A program made the translations under genes and the position numbers. 64,000 bases of DNA from NCBI GenBank assembly GCA_002633005.1, contig NMRA01000001.1:2335795-2399794 (forward strand), read 5' to 3'. This stretch comes from Phoronis australis. Lineage: Eukaryota; Animalia; Phoronida. The notes below the pieces were generated by a model that ran no database searches, was not told the DNA's origin, and was given only the letters and a program-made list of their open reading frames with translations. This document shows, piece after piece, positions 36,669 through 49,100 of the stretch (positions are counted from its first letter, which is position 1; every line of letters starts with the position of its first letter).

Positions 36669-37930
36669 GGTGTGCGAGCTCATGGGTCTCATTAACTGGG
36701 AGACGCAATCTTATAAGAAGTTCCACGATGCGTCCAACTGATGTTTCAAGGACCAGATATAGCTATTTGGGAACATGTTATCGAGGCCCTGAGGACAGAA
36801 AGGAGCGCCACCTGCTCTTTCTTTAAAAAGTGGTTCTTTGTCGGAAACAGTAGTGACTCTCCCCAATAATGCAAGTTTGGCAAGCGTGTGTCGAAGCCTT
36901 GCACTGGCATTATGTCCACCGCAAAACATCCGCGCACACCGGACTTTTCGAAGTGTCTGATCGACCACAGCAACGGAAGATGAACCTAAATTTCGAGCGC
37001 TTCGTAGACAATAGTTAAGATATTTGTGTGGCCAACTTGTATAGTTGCTAATGTGGTGTCGTGGGCATACATATGACTGTCTTCTGATTAAGATAGAATA
37101 TTTACAGCCATTACCAGAAATTTGATCTAATATTGATAAGACGTTTACTTTCTTTGTAATGATTTAATTTTTCGATGTTAATAAAAGTCGGCCAAGGCTA
37201 GTTATCCAGCTGTTGTTATTTGTTTATGAAGTATTTATTCCTCTTTCAGCCCCTATACGGAAAGCAGTACCTTTGGAGTGTATTACAACTGTAATGGCAG
37301 TGGCATCAGTCGTCTCTTCATGGATTTTTCACTAAGTAAGTTTTACAGTGTTCAAACTCCGCAAAATGTTTTTAAGGAATTAAATTTGAGGTAACGACTC
37401 CTTGGATTCACGTTAATCATTAAATTTCGTTGTAAAAACAACCAAAAACTATTATATAACCTTTTATAGAATTCTCTATTCTTTAGCAAAACTGGATCCT
37501 TTTCCTAGCTCATGAATTAAACTCTTTGGGAGGTGTTTTAATTCACGAGACACATTTTCGGCTAATAATTCAGAGAAGTCACCCCCCCAAGTTCATAAGC
37601 TCATAAGGTATGGCTGTGATGATGTAAAAGATCCACAGTTTTGACTTGCGTAGTTGCTGTGGAGACATCACCCCATTACCAAAACATAATGAAATAAATT
37701 AAAAGGATCTATGAGATTCCTGGATCACTTTTAAAACTGTTTGCATTCGGACCTGGAAATGGAGGTACATGTATATGCTCCAAAAATTGTTCTCTTTAAC
37801 CAACTCATCAGTGAAAAATAGCCGCAAATGTATGCTGCTGTGCGTAGATAACTGTAAACTATCTATCATTACATATGTGGAGAAATGAGTTATTTCGTAC
37901 TGTTTAAGTAAATTTGCCCCATGTTCACTT

Positions 37931-39041
37931 GCGAGTTTCCAGTTACTCAATGTGACGTCACTGGAAGTAGGGCAAAACCCGCCATATTACCCTTGTTTTG
38001 CCCCGAGTCTTTGCAAAACACACTAAATCTTACTGGAGTTCTTATGGAGAATTTTACGCTCAAAACTTTAACACAACTTAAGAAATTGTAGATAGATCGT
38101 GGAATAACTGTGGATGGACGAAGAAAAGGTGAACTAGTTATCTTGTGCGAAGCTGTGAACGGACTGAAATTGGAATTCGACCCGGCGGGCTTGGCCTGAA
38201 TGCCCCAGGCATACAGATCAGGCGATAGTACAACAGTTACTCATTTCAAAATACAGCAAATGAAATCAAATGAAACCTGCATATGTGCACATGGAGTTAT
38301 AATTAACACATACCATGACTCTGGATACAATTTAGTCAACAAATAACTTGAAAATATCCATGAAAACCTCGCGTTTCGCTCGAGTTTCCCTAACCGGGCA
38401 CCATTTTGAGGAAGTTACGTGAAATCACGCCTCTTGACGAACAAAAAGTCCAAGGGACACAAATCTTACAAATTTCACTTGATATCTTCCCATGCTATTT
38501 TTGAAGTGTCACGCGCCAGGTCACGCGCTTCGCTCAGTCTCGCGCTAGTCCGGCTTTGCCTCATACTCACCTGACTCAGTTGAAATACTTAGTGGTTATA
38601 GCGCACGGTGAAAAAGTTAACAGGAACCAAAAAGTGGACTTCTTCACCAAAGTCACCTGAATTCTCGTAGCTATGCTTCTTCGAAGATATGTTTAGAAGC
38701 AGAAAGGATCCAGTCACTGAAGGAAGTAAGCGCCTTTTTAGGTGATAGTTTTAGGTGTAAATGTATTTTACGAGGTGAAAACTTTGAAAATCAGTGAGCG
38801 GATTTCGTTTAAAATACATGGAACGAAATTAGAACAGAACGCGATGGAACGAATTGTAATGCGAATCTGAATTACATTTGCCATAACAGCAATGCTTGTT
38901 TGGCATTTTTCACACTAAAAGATTAAAAACTCGAAGTTAACTGAACAGAATACATTCTGCTACCGTATCGGGCAAATGGCCAAATGACAAACTTTTGCCC
39001 TACTTCCGGTAACGTCACAGTTAAGTCTCACATAATCTCGC
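37931..39041. mobile_element. Internally deleted two-ORF DNA transposon (ISL2EU/Harbinger-related) with convergent SAP and THAP gene starts
   Basis: Inverted repeats tgtgacgtcactggaagtagggcaaaa (37951) and ttttgccctacttccggtaacgtcaca (to 39019). Plus strand 38044-38199 reads MENFTLKTLTQLKKL*IDRGITVDGRRKGELVILCE (SAP-like). Minus strand 38906-38856 reads MPNKHCCYGKCNSDSHY (THAP start). An arm of the 2040-2999 family is nested at ~38243-38547. Confidence 0.65.
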
Positions 39042-39580
39042 GTTATTGTTATTAACTCGCAAAAGGAATAATAGCAATCTCGTTTGGTCAGATTCAGAGA
39101 GGTACTTCCGGCTCCCTTCCTATCTGCATAGAACTCTACACCTGGAATGCCAACTCCTGCATGGGACCAACAGCCCCGAGACTAGCCGCGACAGTTTTTT
39201 CCAGCTGCCTGCTCGACTGAGTTTTGTAGTCATCAAATCAAGCCTAATTTCATTGTTTCATTCCCATTTTGTTATTATTGTTCGTCAAGCGAGACTCTTG
39301 AGGTACTGTTCCATACAATCAGCGATTTCTCGGCAAAATTAGTCAACAAACCCGGCAATTATACTGGTCATTCTTTATGAGCACCGACCTGTGGCCCTGG
39401 GTGGATGCCGAGAGTAGTTTGGACTCTGATATCTTTTCAGCTGCAATCGTAGAGCCACTTTCGACAACCTATCATACTACATGCCAGGAGTTTTCCAACA
39501 ACACATTTTTGGGTGTTAAAATCTTGTTGCAGTGTTTTACGGTGCATTTGGACTAAATGAAAAATTTAGGCCATAATCCC

Positions 39581-39610
39581 AACCCTAACCCTAACACTAA
39601 CACTAACCCT
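39581..39610. repeat. Short degenerate interstitial (CCCTAA)n / TTAGGG-type tract
   Basis: aaccctaaccctaacactaacactaaccct. Confidence 0.6.
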
Positions 39611-40840
39611 GAGAAGTAGGCCTACTATTATCTGTAGTATTTACCTATACCCGTGAAATAAAATTTTAAAACAGGAAAAGCTTACCTTATGAAAGAACCC
39701 AATCCAGTACTTTGTATGACTGACAGCGTACAGTGTATATGCCCTGCTCTTGGCGGACTGTCCCACTTTTTCGAATTTATCCGCCATCCCGCCACACCAT
39801 CTAAATGTGCCGCTTTTTGACGCACAACCAAATTGACGTTCATGTGCATTTGTATTATCATATACTTTTGTAATTTCCCACGCGACATAGCCATATTTGT
39901 TTCTGGTCGACAAAAAATGGACGTTTCATGTCTTTTGCTGCACCCACAATTTCCTGTTCGACTAAAAACAACAATAACAAAAACGCTGTCGGGCATTTTT
40001 AGGTGGTACATCTCCCGTTCGACAAAAAAAACGCTCTCGGTTCGTTTTTGGATGTTGCAGCGAACATTTCACCCTTACGTATTGGCTTAGACTCAGTTAT
40101 CCAACTTTTTATCCTGAAGTCCCGCTTTTCAATCTGTTTTTCGTTCTTGAATGTTGACCGTGACAGCTATGCACCAGGTGTTCAAAATAACGTTGTCTCT
40201 TTTTTATGAATGTTCTTATTTTCCAGACTCCACTTTTTAGTAACATAACAATTGTAAAAACGTGTTCCAATGACTCTTGTTTACGGTAACTTGCATTACA
40301 TGTATCGGGATCACTAACTTTTACTTTCTGAATGAAACAGTTTATTTCTAAGCTTTTACGGAAAGTAATACACTGCAACCAATGTGATGAGCTCTCCACA
40401 CTTCATTCAAAGCTATCACGTGATAGCGGTTTGACCAATTTTTTTATTTATCAGAAAACATTTACCTGCAAATTTTGGATAGATGCTAATAGTGTATTGC
40501 AATTTTCAAAAATAAATTGAAAGTTGTACTTTGGTGGCTGGAATAAGCAATATATACTGTAAATAATTATGTGCCATTTACTTAAATTTTTACGGCTTTG
40601 TGCTAGACAGGGGAGATAAGCCACATACCACTTTCTCTAGCTAATTTTAGTGGCTGTTTTTGTGACCATGTTACTGTCATATTGTACCTTGTAGCTTTAT
40701 ATAACTTTTTTGAACTCACAGCTAAAGAATAAATATTGATGACTGACCAAAAATATCTTGCCTGAACTTTACATTTAGTGAAAATTGTCTTGAAAAACTG
40801 TCGATTTTGGAAATGATGAGCATACAATGAGAACACAATA

Positions 40841-41078
40841 TTTTTTCATGTCAATTTTAGTAAAAATACGGTTCGTTGATTATCCCAGACATATTTTTTA
40901 GTTAATAACGGCTTCACGTAATTTTATTAATTAGTCGTGCCTTATTCGGGAGTAACGTTTAGGGGGTTAAGAATTTCCCGCCATTTTGTTTTCATATAGT
41001 TTGGCTGTTTGACCTGTCGAGTCAGTCATTGTTTTACCTCGGTTATGATAATTTCGGTTGTCGTTTGCGTTTGTTTAT
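40841..41078 (+). mobile_element. Solo, diverged copy of the Kolobok terminal arm
   Basis: Aligns by eye to ~21558-21796 (ttttttcatgtca..ttgattatcccagaca..tgtcgagtcagtcatt..tacctcggtt..cgtttgc). Confidence 0.8.
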
Positions 41079-42204
41079 GAAATAAATTTCAAAATATTAG
41101 GTTCAGCTCATTCATAAAAATACTGGATGGCGTGAGCAGAGTTGTCATTAAGTAAATCAATTTTGGTCCAATCAAGATTTTTAGCACAGAAATCTTTTCA
41201 AAAAAGAGATATTACTTTTTCTCCTCGTCGGTTTCGTGTTACGGGACCAAAAGTTATGTGATGTTCAAGTTGAACACCAAAATTATCAGAAAGTTTTTTG
41301 AAACAACAAGGTTTTCAATTTCACTTTCTTCATTTGGACTGTTATCAGAGAATAATTTTCCATAAAACTATAAGACCACAACCAGTATCTTTTCTTGGTC
41401 TGTAATCTCCTCCCCATTTTCCAATTCTTACTGATACGTGAGCTTATTGTGAAAATATATGGCATTTAAACCTCAGAAATATTTTTCGTCTTCCTGCGTC
41501 CATTTTGCCCTATCTAACGTGATGACCTTTTGATTTTTGTGACGTAGCTCCAGAAGACCACTTTCCATTAGTAGTACATCCAAAAAGTTGATCATTAATT
41601 ACAAGCTGGATCTCAGTATTAGGTAAGTCATGAATTCTGTCCGTATCATCGGAAATAAGAATATTGTTTTTTAACATTGCTTATTGTGTCGTGGACAATG
41701 TTTACATATTTGTCATTTAAAGTGAAGTCCGTTACATCCATTAATTTCTCTAACAAAACCCTCAAGAATGACCAAACTTGTAAAATGGTATTGTCAATGG
41801 AAATCCAAATCTTAGCTCTAACCTTTTGCTGTCTGCAAATTTGTCTAACAGTGTAGAAAGATTTGTCAAATTGCACGCTAGCATCTAGCTCATATTCAGT
41901 TCTAGAGTGGATGGAAACTCGCAAAAACGCAAGATCCCGCGAGACAATGTCATGCATTGTATCACAAGCGAAGCACGTGACCACACTAGCTTTACTCGCC
42001 AAATTCTTACGTCTGCGAATGCAATCCAGCTGACATCTTCAGAAATTGGACACTACGTCACACCTCTGCCTTGAGGAACTGTTTCCTCAGTTGACTTTGC
42101 TTTCATGTAAATCAAAATAGTATTTAATAAGTGAAATACGCCAAACTGACCAAAAACACTTCCAAAATGCCAAATTCCCCTTTTAACCATATCGAGGTTG
42201 GCAT

Positions 42205-43345
42205 TGACTTGGCATGGCACACAGGCGCTTGGGTTTATCGCAAATGACGTCACAATATATATATATAAGAAAACATAAAGGTTGGACACTTAAACTTTGC
42301 AAAGCCGAGGCTCCCAACTTCAACCGTCCAAAATCCAAATAAAATCTGCGTGCACCTCCCTCAGTCTGGTGTTGCATAAACCTTCGAAGCCTTATCTTTC
42401 CTAGATCCCATTAACTGTCTTCGTGAGTGGTGAATTGGCGATGGAATTTCCAAAACAATATCAAAACTCTGAATTCAAGGACCTGAAATAGTAAACATGG
42501 CGGATTTCTGTTGTGCTTCAACTTGTACGCCTGACGTAGGTGAAACTTCAAGTTTGAGCAAGCAACCTATATTTCAAATTCAATAACTCTAATCCAAAAC
42601 TCAACTACACTGTAATTGAGAATGTTAAAGTTAGTATTTTAATGATTATTTGTAACTTTATTCCACTGACGGCTCATTTTACCCCTTAACTTAGAATTTT
42701 ATTGCATAAACTGGCGTATCTTGTTTCTCATCTTGACATCACGCACTTTTTTGATTGAAGCACAACACACACTCGGCCAGAAAACGTGCAAGTATTACAA
42801 TGCGCGTGGCCGACGAGTTAACTCAATGGTTTTGGCCAAAAATAAAACCTTCATAAGAAATCACAGTACACAAAAAACTTCGTATATCAATACTGTATCA
42901 GGATAATTTATATTTGACACAAATATGTGAATAATTACATTTATTTGGCAATAAAGTGCTCTCTGCTTCTCATGATCAAGTAGTCGATGGATTGACGGCG
43001 AAAGCCGCGCGAAATTAGACTTTCGGATTTAGCTTGGGAGCGTCGGTCAAAACCCGGATGTGCGAAGACCGTGTGCCATGACATCACGGAATCAGGTCCT
43101 TGAATTTATGATTTTGGCATTCTTTTGGCATTTTTGTCGCCAAATCACCACTCGAAGGCAATTTGAAGAGATCAAATGAAAGAAGGTATTCTAAGAGTTG
43201 TCCGATGCTAGTTTCGTGAAGTTCCATGCACATTTGAGTAGAAAATTCTGAGCAAACAGATTTCAAGTGTCCAACCTTTATGTTTTCTTATATTATTGAG
43301 TGACGTCATTTGCGATAAACCCAAGCGCCTGTGGCATGGCACAGC
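42205..43345. mobile_element. Fold-back element with ~270-bp inverted arms
   Basis: 43264 aagtgtccaacctttatgttttcttata..gtgacgtcatttgcgataaacccaagcgcctgtg is the inverse of ~42218-42292. Inner anchors gaattcaaggacctga (42471) and tcaggtccttgaatt (43092). Confidence 0.7.
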
Positions 43346-43847
43346 TTACGAAACGTCTCAATGAGATGCCAAAATCCTTCCCGCTCATAGTACTGTGTGC
43401 AAATTACTCCACAATACTGTCTTCTTTCTGATATTAACGTCTACAGAGTAATGAAACACAAGAACTTTATTTGTGGTATACATTTCTCTTAAATAATCCC
43501 AGGCAGTAAAGTGACAGATGTACATAAAATTATACAACTTTTCTCGGGGAACGACTGAGGCGAAATGAAACACTGTATTGCATAGGTAATAAAGCAACAA
43601 AAATCAAATTTTATCCTCGTTATTCTTCCGTTTTTCAGCTTCTCATAGGCCACTAAGGCTGCCATCTGGCGGTCGGCCAGTTTTCATCAGATTGAGGGAA
43701 AGTGGGAAGAGGCGAAACCAGGTGATGCTCTGTCCGTACCGCCGTGTATCTGAAAAAATGATTGTAGAGGTGTGCACGACTAATTTCAAATTCAATTCCA
43801 AGTCCTCATACATTGAGGTATTCCGCCCTACGCCACCGATGATCGGT

Positions 43848-46195
43848 TTAGTCATAAAAACGACCAGCGTCATCTAGCGGCTTGGAGACGAGGCTGTAGT
43901 TGTTTCTGACTGACATAGCGGGTATAAGTTGTAGTGCAATCGGAACAAAAATAAAAATAAATAAACCAAGAGCCGTGCTTTCACCAATGCTAGTCACTGA
44001 GCAAACAAAACTTTTGAAGCGGGTTAATAGCAGGGAAATAATGACTAAGCCGGATGTCAAGCTAATGTATTCCTACCGTTTCTCCCACAATTCAAAAGAC
44101 CTGTGTGGCCGTCCAATCACTTTCAGTTGGGGCTATTTTGTTAGCGTTCGTCAAAGTAAGGAGGATAGTTTATTATAAACAAAATCCTAGTTAGATTTTG
44201 CATTGCATCTTTGTGATTTTGCGCTCTGGTATTGTCAAACAATGGACGAGCTTCGCGTGCCAAATCGCAATACGGGGTAGGCCATATCGTTGAAAAATTC
44301 GAAAAGTATTCCTTACTCGGGAAAAACGTTGCGGTTTGCAGTCCTCCTGTCTCTCCTGTCCTCAATTTTTGGCAGCAGACATACTAGGATGGGAACGATG
44401 GCTAATATGACAACTCCTAACAAGGCCGCCAAAACACTTATGACGATGCAGTTAGTAGCTGTCAGCTGTACCTCGCTAGCGGTCTGAACCAATCCTTTGG
44501 CTGCTTCTTTCACTGTGAAATATATAGTAGATAACTGGTGACATTCGCCACCTCAAATTTCGCCAAAAGCTGAAGTGAGATTGTTTTTCGTGTCAAAGCC
44601 AGAAAAGTGTTTTTCGGAGACAAGACCCAGTGCGAAGTGAAACCTGGAAGCTTCGATCAGGGTTGCAGTGCTCTGCTGGCAGCGTATTTTAAGCGTATTT
44701 AACTGATAAAGTCACCAGCGTGTGTTTCTGCGTACATGTATGTCTGGCAGACGACGTACGGATGGGAATTATGTTTTTATCGTAATGTTTTTTTGCCCGG
44801 GGTACGCCACGAGCTATGTTGCAGAGTAAAACAAGATGAGTATTGGGAATACTGTCATTTATTATGACGTAAATAGAAAGAACTAAACCAATCAAAGCTT
44901 TAAAAATAATCCCAAAAAGTGCATTTTCGGCCGTAAAAACGATATGTCCTTTTTAAGCTAATCCGTGTCAGAAGAGTAGATTGACGCTGGTACCAAACTG
45001 TCGGGCTGTTATTTCCTGGGACCAGACTGCTTGTCATGGCGGGCTAGTTTCAGTCATCAAGGCAATAGGCCTACAGCCGCCAAAGGAATTCCAGACGATT
45101 TGCTGGAAACAGTTCCACTGATTCAAACAAAGGATAAGAACGCGGTGACGTTGCTTTGGAAGACAAATACACTAAAAAAGAAACTTGGTGTTATTATAGC
45201 GGCTTATTAAAGAGTTATAAGCGCATACCAATAACAAAAATAAGTAATTGCAGGCGGTCTGGTACACGTTGCACCAGACGTGAGCAGGCTGGTCAGCTGG
45301 GCCCATTGCAGACTGATCAACATTTTGTATGCTTTGTTAATAAAATATAGTTAAAACTGAGCTGAGGAGCTAGAGACTAGACTGAAGGGTCTAGCAGCGT
45401 ACCCTAGCGTGACTCGAACCAACGACATTGAGTAAATGAAGTGGACATTTAACTCTCTAGGTCACACTGCCTCTTCTCTATAGCAACAACATTTTGAAGA
45501 GAGTTTTGCAAACGCCTTGTAGGAGTTTAGCTGCAATACGCTTTGACGATACTTTATTTATTACGAAATGTACGTTTTCGTGAACCTATGAATAAGCAGA
45601 GGACACATCACGTAACTAGTCTTGATTATTTTATCCGTCTAGCAACTTTGCAACATAAAGGAAACTGGGTAGTGGTCGAATATAACATGCCCGCATTTTG
45701 AGAGCCAGTTTTCTCCATGCAACTAAAAGATCATCAATTGAAAATAAACCGAGTTCCAGGATCATCAACCCGGCTACTTGCACTCCTTTAGGCTACTTAC
45801 ACTTGCATGTGGCCGGTGCCGGGTCCCATTTGGGCGTACTTTCATCGAGTTTACAACACGCCGTCTTTGCACCTGCCAGGTAGAAGTCCGGCAAACAACC
45901 GAATTCGACGCACGTGCCAACTGCTCTCTCCGACACGTTTGTAAAAGTCTGATTATCGATCGTTGTCACTACGTCTCCTGCAAAATTGGTTAAACTTTGT
46001 AGTTGTTTCTAAATGCATCTTTGGCGTCGGCTTCTAAATTTTTTTTCGCGCGCAAACAGTTGGTCGCGGAGTAGGCCGTTGCTTCACTTGCGACACTTAT
46101 TGAATTTCGAGTTGCTCAGGAATAATGACACGCCATTTCATCAATGTTTATTGATGTTTTGTGACCTTACCTGGGAAGGGACATTCCAGCGCCAT
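43848..46195 (-). CDS. Sushi(CCP)-TM protein, paralog B (SUSD3-like topology, no signal peptide); exons 46195-46171, 45977-45801, 44512-44317, tentative last exon 43905-43848
   Basis: MALECPFP|G-DVVTTIDNQTFTNVSERAVGTCVEFGCLPDFYLAGAKTACCKLDESTPKWDPAPATCK|L-KEAAKGLVQTASEVQLTATNCIVISVLAALLGVVILAIVPILVCLLPKIEDRRDRR...; phases 1/1/2 with consensus splice sites. Candidate 5'UTR exon donor ttg|gtgagt near 47445. The last exon is uncertain. Confidence 0.82.
45402..45472 (-). mobile_element. tRNA-derived SINE head (degenerate), not a functional tRNA
   Basis: Minus strand ggcagtgtgacctagagagttaa...ggttcgagtcacgctaggg carries Pol III A- and B-box-like motifs but no full cloverleaf. Confidence 0.45.
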
Positions 46196-49100
46196 TGTTG
46201 ATGTTGGTTAAGATACCACCAAGTGTCAAGCACGCTATCTGAAAATAAGTATAATCCCAGGCGTCGGGATTCAAATAATTAGGAAAATAAATGGGTTTAA
46301 CGTAGTTTGTTTCCAAATAGCTATCAGTTTATGAGCAAGGTCATTCAGTCTGGTTACCAAACTTTGTCTCGGTTTTCTTTGCTAAAATATTGTCGTCTGC
46401 AATTGATAACTACAGTGTTAAATATTCTTGTTATTCAATTATTTTTTAAAAAATTAACAATTTCAATGCACAAATATCGTTGTTTTCACCTTTGTTAACT
46501 CTTTTCAAGTAAAAAATTATTACATTTTATACTGTTTTCTTTTACTAGAGCTCTAAACTTGTAACATAACGCGCAAGTACATTCACTATAGGCCGTGATC
46601 CGTCACGCGAACAGTCTCGGTGAAGTACCACTACTGAAAAAATCTGACGTAAAAGTAAAAAGAAGCTTACTAGAATTCGAAGCGACTATGGGATAAATAC
46701 AAAACCTCTAATGGCGAGACATCATTCCGCGTAACGATCAAAACCGAATGCACGTTTTGAGTATAAATCCCACATCATGAATCAGCAAATAAAAAATATG
46801 GCACCACCGACTCCATTTTCGATAAAACAGACCCAACTATTCTATCTTGGCCTAATCCGGGAAAAGAATATTAATTTCTCAAGTTTGAAATAAATGAGAG
46901 CATTCAATAGCTAAAAATAAAATGCAAATTACTATTGTCTGAAATTTATGGAACGATTTTCATCAGCAAAAAATGTCAGTCATCTCTTTAAAACTGTGTA
47001 AATAGTCCCTTTTTGGCAAGTTTCGTTCTCGTAGTTAGTAGTTGAGCTACTTGAAGTGACTGTAGACCCGCGGGGTCTTTTAATTTGTTCCTTACTCGTG
47101 TAAGTGATTCCCAGGCTTTCAAAGAATTATCTGACATGTCTTGAGAACATGCTCGGTGCGTCAAACGATTCACCGTGACAAACTAACTTGCAGAGCCTAG
47201 ATTAAAAAAAGTAACGAACTGCCAGCTGTTATCAAGCCCAGAAATCTCCTCCAATGTGACTCAGGAACAACGTGGGACAAATTTCGTAAAGGCACGTGGT
47301 CTTTTAATCAATTTTTGTTGTGATGGAAGACGGGTTTATAGCCGTGACTTTTTTAGGGGTAGTTGCAAGCACGGATGAAGTTTGAATTCAGTCTAAACGT
47401 GTAGATGTATTAGGATCAACGCAGAAAGTCGCAACAATACTCACCAAGAATCTTGGCTTGGTTCTGGTAGCTCGGCTGCTTCACAATAGAAGTGAGTGAA
47501 GTCTTCAGTTTACACGGTGGCAGCTGGCGTGGTGACTGTTCACAAAGCATTCACGTTGTTGGGTTTTACTCAGGTGTCAAGGGTCGCAAGTTCCATGAGC
47601 ATTTGAGCGGTGATAAAAAGCGTCACAGCGGACGAAGTCAATCCCAACAGTGAGCCACAATGACACGCTACCGAGAGAACAGTGACCCCAATTATGCCAA
47701 GGGGTTCTTCAGTGCACGCAGGGGCGAAACTTCGGCGCCTGGAGAGGGATGAATAAAGACACCAGAGGTCTTCTAGACAGCGTATTTAAGATCTCTGGAG
47801 ACATTAGTTAGCTGATTACGTCGTCAATTATTGTGACGAGAAAAGTGGAAGGCGGGAAATTTGTGGTAAATGTACCGACTCGAGGTAGATGCAGCTGGCG
47901 AATTATCAAAAAGCAATCTCGCCCTCTGGACTAATCCGAGATAAGAGTTATTTATGCATGATGTCATCATAACTGCGACGTCAGAAAGGCGTAGTCAGAG
48001 TAAGAACATTGCAGACGTCAACTGAGTGAGATTCAAGGATACCCCGAAAAGTTTCACAATATTCTAGTTAAATCTTAGGGGCACTCGTTTGTATCATTAG
48101 TTGACGGGTTGTGAGGCTGGGAAATTCCGTTTTAACTTGACAAAATAAACCCCACCCTTTTTGAACAATGATCCGATGTCAATTTTCGTAAAAGTTTTAA
48201 CAGATTCATACTTAAAAGAAAAATGGGCCACTGAGTTTCTAAGATAAGGTAGACTTTTTAGTCGGAATTCAATCGGTAAGTTCGTGAAAAAACCACCCTT
48301 CAGATCCAACCTGAGCTGACGTGTAGGCGACTTTCACCGACATTTCGATCTCCAAAAAATTCTTTATTACGATAGGCTGCAAAGTAAACGACATCTCTGT
48401 AAATTCAAAGGAAGTGATGCTCTCGTCACTACTGTAGGACCACGTTAACTTACTGATCGCTACTACTGACCTTTTGAAATTACCATATATACCAGTATTT
48501 CTAAAGAGGTGCATGTTGTATTTTAATCATGTAGCCATTTTCTAACGAATAAATAAATGTGTCTACATGTCAAATATAGACTGAAAAATTGTGGTTGCCA
48601 ATGGCACTGCAAAAATAGTTATTTCTACCAACCATTTGCGTGCGTATAATGAGGCAACTTGCAGACAGGCCCTTCATGTATTGCTTGGCTGATAACACAC
48701 AAAATACATGTGTATAATATGAGCGACTCGATATCCGCTAGGTGGCGTTGGCAGATAACAGCCCCCCCCCCCTTTTCGACATAGACAGCAATTAATCAGC
48801 AAAGGGGATGTTCGCCAGTGATAAAAGACCCTCGTGGTTTACCTGGGCAGTGTTCCTTACTCAAGCGAGATCTCGGGAAAACGAAAGACTTCGCGAAATA
48901 TTGTCATGCCATATTCTAGCGTCCATGGAACGCAACCCTAGTAATACATGCATTTCGATGAGGAGGTCCCTTAATTCGCTTGCAATACCTAGTGAATTTC
49001 GAGGAAAATCGTACCTTGGAACCAATATGACTCCTATTCCATACTAATCGTGGCGAGTGCCATTTCACCTTATCGAATTATATATCGAGAACCCGGCAGG

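Noticed and set aside
41646-42002. 118-aa minus ORF as a third gene or paralog
   Set aside because: Non-ATG start, no similarity to the Sushi genes and no recognisable motif or splice support.
45402-45472. Functional tRNA gene
   Set aside because: A/B boxes are present but the acceptor and anticodon stems do not pair, so it is treated as a SINE head.
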